Assembly: GCA_946415665.1 (NCBI GenBank)
Contig: CAMKTI010000002.1
Span: 1 to 42,125 of the forward strand
Length of the DNA: 42,125 nt
From: an uncultured Clostridia bacterium
GTDB taxonomy: Bacteria; Bacillota; Clostridia; Lachnospirales; CAMVHY01
Direction of reading: 5' to 3'
The position numbers and the translations under genes were made by a program. This document shows, one piece after another, positions 9,120 to 17,503 of this stretch. The notes under the pieces are model-generated. The model was not told the origin of the DNA, made no database searches, and worked only from the letters and a program-made list of their open reading frames with translations. How positions within the stretch are numbered: position 1 is the first letter of the stretch; each line of letters begins with the position of its first letter.

Positions 9120-9472
9120 TAATTACTTTTGAGGTAAAACAACTGAGAATCGATTTAAACGCTTCTGGTTTTATTTTGTAATGTTGCTAAACAAACACAG
9201 AGGCAGAGGATAAATTTGGCGCTGCAGCAAATGCATTAATGATTTCATTTGTTAAATTATTGCTTTCTATACCTATAATTGTTTTAACTATCATACGGAA
9301 TAGCAGCTTCAATTCCAGACAATAAAAGTTTCTTAAGATATTTTGGATTCATATATGACTTTCTTGCAAATGGAATTTCTCTAATTACAAGGCTTGCTTT
9401 TGTTTCATTATAAGATTTCAAGGTGAAAGCGGGCACACATATGAAAGGCTCTGTCAGTCACTTATATCAACA

Positions 9473-9521
9473 AAAAGACCCCTATACCATTTCTGATATA
9501 GAAGTCTTTTTGTTGTCATCT
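9473..9521 (-). terminator. rho-independent terminator of the 1050-aa gene
   Basis: Minus-strand RNA forms a GACUUCUAUA / UAUAGGGGUC 10-bp stem (2 G-U pairs) followed by UUUUUGUUG, 14 nt past the stop. Confidence 0.7.
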
Positions 9522-9534
9522 TAATTTAATAACA

Positions 9535-12500
9535 TTAAATATCACTTTTTTCATCTTCAACTTCAGTAATTCCAGGCATTTGATTTGATTGATTTAATTC
9601 AGTACCTTTATTTTTAGATAGACCAAGAGTTTTCTTTTGATGTTTTTCATATCCACTATTTATATTTTTATTTGTATTTTTTGGTTCTTTACAGATTGTT
9701 TTATATTTAATTTTATATGCAATGACAACAAAACAAAAAAAAAGAATACATGATAACATCGCCAAAAACCAAAACGCTTTTATTATGCTAAAAATCAAAA
9801 CGGAAAAAGCAATAACAGTTAACGCGTATAAAACAATTTTTGCTATTAATTTAAGATATGAAATTTTTGTGGTTGATGTAAAAGTAGTTTTAGAATCTTG
9901 ATCTTGTAAATTTTTTTGTGCTGAATCAATCGGGATGAATGTATTATTTATTTTTAGTACATTGTTGTTTCTGTTATCATTTAAGCCGATTTTTGTTGTT
10001 GAATTTGCGTTTAACTCGCCTTTATTATTTGTTGGTACATATTCGATGTTTATTTTATTTTTTTCTTTGTTTTTGATTTTTTCATCTTTGGTTCCTGTGT
10101 TTTTGCTCGATTTATTTTGTTGTAACTCGGGTATATTTATATTTTTCTCAGTTAATACTTTTTCCAGTTTGCCAAAGTTGCCACAGAACTCAAAATGTTC
10201 AGACCAAGAAAAATTTTTTTGTTTAAAATATAATTTTTTCGCATAAGCTAAAATCTTGTTTACAAACTTTTCATGAGTCATATCTATATCATCTTCATCA
10301 TCCGCCTCATTATCCGCCTCATTTGGATCATTTTCGTTTTTATTTTTAAGATCAGCATTACTTACAAAAATAATCAACAATCCCAAAAAACAACCCACAT
10401 CCTCCGAGATATCTTTCTTGTTTTTATTTGCAAAACCATATTTCAAAAATTCTTTTATTTGATCAAAATTCCATTTGGAACCATCTTTTATTTTTTGACA
10501 ACATTTTAAAAGAGTTGTTAGTTTCAATTTATCTTTTGTACCTTTTTTTTGCCCAGATTTTTCATCTTTTTTCGCTAGAAAGCGTGTTAAAACTTTGAGC
10601 ATATCACTTATATCAACAGCGCCATCAACAATTAGATTTATGACAGAGTTCATAAAAGAGTCACAATTTGAAATATCAATGGGATTATCTACAACTTTAT
10701 TAATATTTTCCAAAAAAATCTTTATATCATCTGATGATTTAATTATACCAGGCGCAATATTTTTGATAAAAAGCTCTATAGATTTTGACTCGCGTACTCT
10801 CAACGCCTGTTTTAAATCTTTTTCATAACCGGCTTTGATCACTTTCTGTATACGTGTCGGATCAACTTGTTTACTTTTCAAAAATTCATCTATAAGAGTG
10901 TCACATGCTTTTGAAAGCTCATTTAAATCTTGATATTTTGTTGCTTTTTGCTGAACAAAAGATTCAAACTTTTCCTGAAGAGCAGAAAAATCAGCCTCAA
11001 GCTTATTGTTACCGGAATCGTTAAATCTTACCCATCTATGTTTGAGCGCATTCTTTAAGTCAGAGCTTTTAATTGTTCCTTTTAAAAATTCAACCTCAGG
11101 TATATTTTCAGCGACCCAATCAAAAACATTCTGTTCAAATTTTATATACTCAGTTTCGTTTTCATCGACACGGCTCAAAAAATACACCAACAAATCGCAA
11201 AATGCCTCAACATCATCTTTCTTATATTTTTTTTCTTTTTTACCATCTTTAGATTTTTTTGATTTAGTAAAACGATTTTTAGCAACCAATAAAAATTTAG
11301 TTATGTCGTCAAATCTATATTTTTGTCCAGTACCAATTTTATACCTTAGAAAACAACTAATATCACTGATAGATAAACTGTTATTTTTATCTAACTTCAA
11401 AAATTTATTCATATCACTCATATTCAACCTATAATCGATAATCAATAGACGAAATTTATTAGAAGTAATATCGATATCCTTGGTTTTTGACTTTATGAAT
11501 TCAATAAGTCCATTAAAATCATCAGATGACTTAATTATATTATTATTTATTTTTTCTAAAATTTTATCAAACGAATCCCGATTAAGTACCAGTTCTTTTT
11601 TTATATCTTCTGTAATATCTATACCATATTTTTTTATTTCATTACTAAAATTTAAAACAAATGTATCATATAGTTTATTCAATTCATGAATGCCAGCACA
11701 ACTATAACTATTTACGAGAGCCAGATCATTATATAACTTGTTTAAAATAATTTTATTAAACCACACAAAATAGTCAATTGCAACTTTGATATCGCTATCA
11801 TCAGAGTTTTTCTGGAAAACAAATTTTATACAATGTTCATTAAGATACTTTGAGAGTTTAACTCCGCTTTTGTGTTTATCGATTTCGCTTAATAAATGTT
11901 TGAATTTTGGCGTACTTTTGTTTATAGAAGCAAAAATTTTTTGAGCTATGCTAAATTCTTTAGCTATATCATCTGATGCGATATTATAATAGGAATGAAA
12001 AAGCACCCACCACATTAAATTAAACAAAGCCTCTACTTGTTTATTGTGATCTTTTTTTTTACTTTTTGCATCGGGTAATATAAAATTTTCCGCGCAAGAT
12101 AATAATTTTTCAAAACAACTATAATCTAATTCAAATTTGTGTGCACAATTTGAAAGCGTGGATAGAGATAATTTTTTTCCTTTGTTCAAATCAAGGACCC
12201 AAAATAAATTATCTTTTGTTAACGTTGATTTCTCACCAACTTTAAGCAAATCAATAATATAAGACATAAAATAGTCATCATAAAAATCATCTTTAAACTT
12301 TAGATCGTTTTTTGTGAAATTAATTAGCTTTTCTAATTTTTCTGATGAATCGATTGTTTCCTCTTCAAAAGCCTCTAAAAAATACAACGGGAAGTTATCA
12401 TCCGTTAATTCCCAACTATCTTCATATTTCTTAAACTGATCATCATAAAATTTTTTAACTTCATTTTCGTCCACCTTTTTGTCGCTTGTCTTGGATTGGA

Positions 12501-12687
12501 TAACTTTTTCACATTTTTTATTCAACATCTTTTTCCAAATTTTTTTTACCTTAGCCAATTCATTTTTAATATTGTATTCATCATCCCAAGTTATTTGGCC
12601 TTCTTTTGATTGGTAGTAATCACATACTTTATTATTAAATTCATTATTTAATTCATTTATATCAAGCTGGATTTTTTCATTTTCCAT
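9535..12687 (-). CDS. orphan 1050-aa helical-repeat protein with C-terminal TM hairpin anchor
   Basis: Start moved to the ATG at 12687 (MENEKIQ...), 9 nt after AGGGGTG. The N-terminus is hydrophilic with no signal peptide. There are three internal repeats, and two TM helices at track aa 948-997 (nt 9709-9858). Confidence 0.85.
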   Translation of the reverse strand: MENEKIQLDINELNNEFNNKVCDYYQSKEGQITWDDEYNIKNELAKVKKIWKKMLNKKCEKVIQSKTSDKKVDENEVKKFYDDQFKKYEDSWELTDDNFPLYFLEAFEEETIDSSEKLEKLINFTKNDLKFKDDFYDDYFMSYIIDLLKVGEKSTLTKDNLFWVLDLNKGKKLSLSTLSNCAHKFELDYSCFEKLLSCAENFILPDAKSKKKDHNKQVEALFNLMWWVLFHSYYNIASDDIAKEFSIAQKIFASINKSTPKFKHLLSEIDKHKSGVKLSKYLNEHCIKFVFQKNSDDSDIKVAIDYFVWFNKIILNKLYNDLALVNSYSCAGIHELNKLYDTFVLNFSNEIKKYGIDITEDIKKELVLNRDSFDKILEKINNNIIKSSDDFNGLIEFIKSKTKDIDITSNKFRLLIIDYRLNMSDMNKFLKLDKNNSLSISDISCFLRYKIGTGQKYRFDDITKFLLVAKNRFTKSKKSKDGKKEKKYKKDDVEAFCDLLVYFLSRVDENETEYIKFEQNVFDWVAENIPEVEFLKGTIKSSDLKNALKHRWVRFNDSGNNKLEADFSALQEKFESFVQQKATKYQDLNELSKACDTLIDEFLKSKQVDPTRIQKVIKAGYEKDLKQALRVRESKSIELFIKNIAPGIIKSSDDIKIFLENINKVVDNPIDISNCDSFMNSVINLIVDGAVDISDMLKVLTRFLAKKDEKSGQKKGTKDKLKLTTLLKCCQKIKDGSKWNFDQIKEFLKYGFANKNKKDISEDVGCFLGLLIIFVSNADLKNKNENDPNEADNEADDEDDIDMTHEKFVNKILAYAKKLYFKQKNFSWSEHFEFCGNFGKLEKVLTEKNINIPELQQNKSSKNTGTKDEKIKNKEKNKINIEYVPTNNKGELNANSTTKIGLNDNRNNNVLKINNTFIPIDSAQKNLQDQDSKTTFTSTTKISYLKLIAKIVLYALTVIAFSVLIFSIIKAFWFLAMLSCILFFCFVVIAYKIKYKTICKEPKNTNKNINSGYEKHQKKTLGLSKNKGTELNQSNQMPGITEVEDEKSDI

Positions 12688-12772
12688 AAGCAAATACACC
12701 CCTAATCAAAATTTTTTCATGGCATCAAATAAAAACTAAAAATCGATTTTACATAACAAACAGTCGTTATTT

Positions 12773-12801
12773 ATATTAACACAAAACTTTTTATTTGTCA
12801 A
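12773..12801 (-). promoter_or_regulatory. sigma-A-type promoter, copy P2 of the conserved cassette
   Basis: Minus strand reads CTTGACAAATAAAAAGTTTTGTGTTAATAT, which is TTGACA, 17 nt, TAATAT. It lies about 85 nt upstream of the ATG at 12687. Confidence 0.65.
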
Positions 12802-12865
12802 GAGTTAATTCAAAAATTTTTGTAATAATCCCTATAGCAGAAATTATTTAGCTTTGTTTTTTTTA

Positions 12866-13617
12866 TATAGTGTCGATAAATTCAAAATCGAGAAGAAATA
12901 GAGATGGAAATAGCATGAACAAAAAAGGAAACACGGAAGGCAACAAAAGTTTTGAAATAGCGGATAGCAATGCCATGCCAACGCTTAAATTTAAAAAATA
13001 TATTTTAGACAATATGCCGCAAACAATATAAGTCAGGAGCAAAATTTTGTTTAGATTTCCAATTGCACTTTGGCGTAATAACTGTCTTAATGCCAAGTTT
13101 TTCAGCGTAATTAATAATTGGATTTATATCGTAAGCCAGATCACCAAACGAAATACTAAGCTTAATTTTCTGTATTAAATCTAGTGCAACACTGCAATCA
13201 GCCGTTGTTCCAGCGGTCGTTTTAGATTGATCATTCTTCCCTTTATTGCCACAATATTTTTTAACTCTATGCTTTGATTTAAGATTTTAGCCAATTTCTC
13301 CATTTTCCGTTTTTACCCATCTCAAAAATCTTTTATGTCCCGTATATCATTTCCCGTAGTCCGGCAGTAAATCTCTCCATAGTTATCCTGTCTTAAGATC
13401 CAAAATATTCCGTTTAAAAAATTTATATCATCTTTCTCCTCTCTTCCTTTCCTTTCTTTTCTTTCATATAATCTTTTGTTTTTTACCGCCTTTCATCTCT
13501 CATATCATTCCTTTGATATCTTTTTTTCCTGTTTTCTTACACATCTTTCCAGCTTCTTAGTTTCATTTCTTTTTTATTTCCTTATGCTTATATATCGTTT
13601 GATTTTATCTGCACTGT
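12866..13617 (-). mobile_element. IS5-family element type B (divergent copy D), decayed; boundaries approximate
   Basis: Hand translation gives ...NGIFWILRQDNYGEIY... and ...FKFKRWHGIAIRYFKTFVAF..., broken by stops and frameshifts. The left end tatagtgtcgata resembles the type-B ends. Confidence 0.6.
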
Positions 13618-13832
13618 TTAAAAGCAAAAAAGACATTCTCCACGATATATTGAAAGAAAACAAGGTTAAAAAAAATGCTTATGAGAACAAAAACAAAATT
13701 TAATTTATCAAACTAAACATATGCATATTTAATCTACAAAAATGAGACCAAAAGAGATTGTTGGCTTTATTTTTTTTACGGTAAAATAATTTTTGACGAT
13801 ATTAATTATTCTAAAACGATTTGAATTATCTC

Positions 13833-13861
13833 TTGATAAATAAAAAATTTTGTTTTAAAAT
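13833..13861 (+). promoter_or_regulatory. sigma-A-type promoter, copy P3 of the conserved cassette
   Basis: Plus strand reads CTTGATAAATAAAAAATTTTGTTTTAAAAT, which is TTGATA, 17 nt, TAAAAT. It lies about 80 nt upstream of the ATG at 13941. Confidence 0.6.
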
Positions 13862-13940
13862 TACCACTGGATAATGATGATTGCTTTTGGCAAATAATAA
13901 ATTTACTTTTAAAATAAACAAGGAGTATGTGAAATAAAAC

Positions 13941-15803
13941 ATGAACGAGAATAATTTAGAGTGTAATTTGGATTCTTTGAAGGATATTATTTTAGATGTG
14001 CTGCTTGCAATAATGATTGGAGATTGGACTGGATCCAATATAGAAAATTTTACGGATGGAAATGAACATTTATTAAAATGGGATTTGTACCATGTACAAA
14101 TGTTACCGCCGGCCGGAATAAAAAAACAACAAGACTATAATTTAAACTTAGCTCAAAATTGTATAGAAGATGATGGAGCAAGAGCGGCAAAAAATTATAT
14201 ATTGAAGGCACCAAATCGATTGACTGACGATACAATGTTTTCAATGGCACTTGCGCTTACATTAATTTTAAATAGAGAAAAATATAAGTTAGATCAGGAA
14301 TTTGACGAAAGGACTTATAAAAAAAATTTAGAAGAACTTATGGCTGATTATACTGAAATGCTAATGAAGTTTTATCGTTATTATAATTCAATAAGTGTTT
14401 GTGGACCAATGATGCATAAATTACTTAGTACAAAATTAGCTAACGTTCCGAAAAATAAATTAATAGAAACTATAAAAAAAATCAAACAACAAAACAAATT
14501 AAGCGGCGAACATTTTTGTGAGAGTTATGCAAACGGTTCGGCAATGCATAGTGCTCCCGGTGCATACGTTGCGCGAACTATGGAAGAATTAGATTTTATA
14601 ATTGAACAGACGGTTAAAAATACACATGATAATCCTGATGCGATAAAAGGCGCAAAAGTTGTTGCACAGTTTATTTTTTTGGCAAGGCTCGGATGGGACA
14701 AAGAAACGATAGCCAAATGGATAAGTTATAAATTTAAAGTTAAAGGCGAACACCCTTGCGCAAGTTATGATACAAGTTTAACACTTGAAGATATTAAAAA
14801 ATCATATTTTAGGACATTAGAATGCAAATACACAGTTCATCCGGCATTGATTGCCGTGCTTAAGGCAAATAGTTTTGAAGAAGCGGTAAATAATGCGAGA
14901 TCGATTGGAGGAGATTCTGATACTATTTGTGCAATTGCAGCACAAATGGCTGTGGCTCTTTGGCCAATTCCTAATAAATATAAAGATACGATAAAAAAAT
15001 ATTCGCTTGATGTCAAAACAGAGGGTACTCTCAAATTAGATCTTAAAAACCCAACAGCGCAAGAATTTTTATCTTGTAATCGCAATGGGAAAAATAATTT
15101 ATTTATAAAAATTAATGATGAATTTAATAAGAAATTTGTTGCACGTTATAAAAATAATGATTTGATAATTTGGCAGTTAAAAAATACGTTGTCGATTGTT
15201 AAAAATTTAGAAACCGATTTACAAAATATTGTGATTGAAGAAAAAAAGAATGATTTAATTGCTTTGCTTGATGGAATAGAAAAAGATTTGCAAAATAAGT
15301 TTGCTAAAGTAGGAAACAATATTTCAAAAGAAATAGCTGAGTTTGTGGAAAAAATAAAATCGAAAACAACAGAAATAAAAAATAAAGCAAAAACATTAAA
15401 TATCCAAGTAAACAATGATAATTGTATGGCAGATAATTATGTAACACCAGAAGGTTTTATCGAGGAAAAACCAAAAGTTATTTTTGTGCCGTATATTACA
15501 ATCCTAAAAAATGTTTTTGTACACGAACTCAACTTAGTAGTTATTTTTATTTGTGTGCTCGCGGTAATTATATGCGCAATAAAGGCATTATGGCTATTTT
15601 CCGGAATTTCAGCTGGTATATTTTTATTAATCATCATGATTGATTTTGTGGCAAGCATAATCAAATTTAAGTGTGTTAATAAAGAATATTATTTATCGCA
15701 AAATAACACTGATCAGAACTCTAAAACTTTAGAATTACCACCAAAAAATACAGTCGGAGAACAACATTTAAAAATAGATTTAGATTATAAAGAAAAAGAT
15801 TAA
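13941..15803 (+). CDS. ADP-ribosylglycohydrolase (ARH/DraG family) domain fused to a coiled-coil spacer and C-terminal TM hairpin, 620 aa
   Basis: ARH signature motifs are AIMIGDWTG (aa 23-31), LTDDTMF (aa 94-100), GSAMHSAPG, THDNPDAIKGA and GGDSDTICAIAAQMA (aa 323-337). TM helices fall at aa 528-575 (nt 15522-15665). Confidence 0.85.
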   Translation: MNENNLECNLDSLKDIILDVLLAIMIGDWTGSNIENFTDGNEHLLKWDLYHVQMLPPAGIKKQQDYNLNLAQNCIEDDGARAAKNYILKAPNRLTDDTMFSMALALTLILNREKYKLDQEFDERTYKKNLEELMADYTEMLMKFYRYYNSISVCGPMMHKLLSTKLANVPKNKLIETIKKIKQQNKLSGEHFCESYANGSAMHSAPGAYVARTMEELDFIIEQTVKNTHDNPDAIKGAKVVAQFIFLARLGWDKETIAKWISYKFKVKGEHPCASYDTSLTLEDIKKSYFRTLECKYTVHPALIAVLKANSFEEAVNNARSIGGDSDTICAIAAQMAVALWPIPNKYKDTIKKYSLDVKTEGTLKLDLKNPTAQEFLSCNRNGKNNLFIKINDEFNKKFVARYKNNDLIIWQLKNTLSIVKNLETDLQNIVIEEKKNDLIALLDGIEKDLQNKFAKVGNNISKEIAEFVEKIKSKTTEIKNKAKTLNIQVNNDNCMADNYVTPEGFIEEKPKVIFVPYITILKNVFVHELNLVVIFICVLAVIICAIKALWLFSGISAGIFLLIIMIDFVASIIKFKCVNKEYYLSQNNTDQNSKTLELPPKNTVGEQHLKIDLDYKEKD

Positions 15804-15820
15804 TACATATCTTTTTTGAC

Positions 15821-15849
15821 ACAAAAAAATCGGATGTCTCCACCCGATT
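15821..15849 (-). terminator. terminator after rplQ, between convergent genes
   Basis: Minus-strand stem AAUCGG / CCGAUU with a 10-nt loop, followed by a U7 run. Confidence 0.55.
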
Positions 15850-15875
15850 GCAAAACTATTAAAAACAAGATAAAA

Positions 15876-16403
15876 TTATACCAACTCAATTATTGCCATT
15901 TCAGCTCCATCGCCATTTCTTTTTCCAATCTTAATTATTCGTGTATATCCGCCGTTTCTCTGTGTATATCTTGGAGCAATCTCATCAAACATTTTTTTTG
16001 GCAAATCAACAAATTTTCGAGATCTCTTTTTTTTGTTTCCCTTGGGAAATTCTGATATACGACAAGTATTCGCTAGTATTTTTCTACGTGCATTCAATCT
16101 TCCCGGATTATCCTTTTTTATACTTTTATCAACAACATCAAAAACATTAACTGTTTTTCCATTTTCATCTTTTTCTTTAACGCGATTTCCATTTTCGTCT
16201 TTTCGCGCTTTTTTAGTCTGTATATTAACCTCTTTGTAATCATCAGAATTTTTCTTTGCGACAGTAATTAATTTTTCAGCTTTTCTTCTTATTTCTTTTG
16301 CTCGATGCAACGTCGTTTTTATCTTGCCATAATAAATCAAACACGTAACACCCGATTTTAAAAAAGCTTTTCTCGTATCAGACTTAAAACCTATTTTTTT
16401 CAA
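15876..16403 (-). CDS. rplQ: 50S ribosomal protein L17 (long form with Lys-rich insertion)
   Basis: Contains ...[21 protein letters not shown]... and ...[35 protein letters not shown]. It is the last gene of the alpha operon. Confidence 0.93.
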   Translation of the reverse strand: MKKIGFKSDTRKAFLKSGVTCLIYYGKIKTTLHRAKEIRRKAEKLITVAKKNSDDYKEVNIQTKKARKDENGNRVKEKDENGKTVNVFDVVDKSIKKDNPGRLNARRKILANTCRISEFPKGNKKKRSRKFVDLPKKMFDEIAPRYTQRNGGYTRIIKIGKRNGDGAEMAIIELV

Positions 16404-16409
16404 TTAAAC

Positions 16410-17453
16410 TCACTCTCCCACATATTCATTATTTTCACCATTATCATTATTGCCATTATCTTCATCATCTTCATTTTTCAATTTCAAGCCAAGCGAATCC
16501 AACTTACACATAATTTCATCATATGATTTTTTACCCAAATTTCGCATCTTAAGCATTTCGTCATTTGTTTTAGCTAATAAATCACCAACCGAACCTATAC
16601 CAGAACGTCTTAAACAGTTATAAGCTCTTACGGACAAATCTAAATCTTCTATCGACATTTCAGAAAAATTCTCATCACTTGAATATACGACATCTTCGAA
16701 TATATTGCTTGTATTTTCTTCGATGCTTTTAAATTCAGAAATATCAATAAAACTTTCTAATTGCGTTCTAATTATTTTGGCAGCATAAGCAAGTGCCTCC
16801 GTTGCTTTCATTGCCCCATTCGTCCAAATTTGAAAAACCAACTTATCATAATCCGTAACATTCCCAACACGCACATCTTCAATATAAAAATTCACGCGTT
16901 CTACCGGCGTATAAATGGAATCAATCGCAATCACGCCAATTTCATTATTTATTTTTTTATTCTCTTCCGCTGAAACATATCCTTGCCCTCTTGTCAAAGT
17001 CATTTCCATTCGCAAACTACTATCATTCGAACTCAACGTTGCTATATGCAAATCTTTATTAACTATTTCAAACTCCGAACTTAATTTAATATCACCGCCG
17101 GTAACTTCTGTTTGTCCAGAAATTTCTATAAATGCCTTGTTACTTTCAAAACCATCCAGATAATTATTATCTAGATTACCCATGTTATCTTTTATAGCCA
17201 ATTTCTTTAAATTTAAAATAATATACATAGTGTCTTCTTTTACATCTGGTAAATTACTAAACTCATGTAAAACACCATCAATTTTAACATTACTTACTGC
17301 TATTCCAGGTATCGACGACAACATAACTCTTCGTAAAGTATTCCCTAAAGTCGCTCCGTAACCACGTTCCAACGGTTTGACACTGCATGAAGCATATTTC
17401 CCGTCATCACTCATCTCAATAATTTCTATGTGAGGTTTATTAATTGCTAGCAC
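16410..17453 (-). CDS. rpoA: DNA-directed RNA polymerase subunit alpha
   Basis: PLERGYGATLGNTLRRVMLSSIPG motif. Start set to the GTG at 17453, 8 nt after AAGGAGG. The C-terminal tail is acidic and Asn-rich. Confidence 0.95.
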   Translation of the reverse strand: MLAINKPHIEIIEMSDDGKYASCSVKPLERGYGATLGNTLRRVMLSSIPGIAVSNVKIDGVLHEFSNLPDVKEDTMYIILNLKKLAIKDNMGNLDNNYLDGFESNKAFIEISGQTEVTGGDIKLSSEFEIVNKDLHIATLSSNDSSLRMEMTLTRGQGYVSAEENKKINNEIGVIAIDSIYTPVERVNFYIEDVRVGNVTDYDKLVFQIWTNGAMKATEALAYAAKIIRTQLESFIDISEFKSIEENTSNIFEDVVYSSDENFSEMSIEDLDLSVRAYNCLRRSGIGSVGDLLAKTNDEMLKMRNLGKKSYDEIMCKLDSLGLKLKNEDDEDNGNNDNGENNEYVGE

Positions 17454-17503
17454 AAACAAAACCTCCTTATACTTTTTAATATCTTCACCAGAAATTATCT
17501 AAA

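Noticed and set aside
9290-9470. Minus-strand fragment ...AFTLKSYNETKASLVIREIPFARKSYMNPKYLKKLLLSGIEAAIPYDS*
   Set aside because: It reads like the C-terminal stub of a larger protein. It lacks a start or an N-terminal part, and I cannot assign a family. It is probably debris beside the IS copy.
8268-15803. Interpretation of the 8-16 kb accessory segment as a classical defence island or prophage
   Set aside because: I found no nuclease, helicase/ATPase P-loop, methyltransferase, integrase, capsid or tail-like sequences. Only dead IS copies and the two orphan anchor proteins are present, so I describe it more cautiously as an undescribed membrane-associated module.
15876-16403. Unusually long L17 (175 aa, with a Lys-rich insertion), together with the N-terminally extended S5 (22236-22868) and the acidic RpoA tail
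   Set aside because: From memory, long L17 forms with a similar insertion occur in several Clostridia lineages. These look like lineage traits rather than novel biology. An alignment with relatives would settle it.
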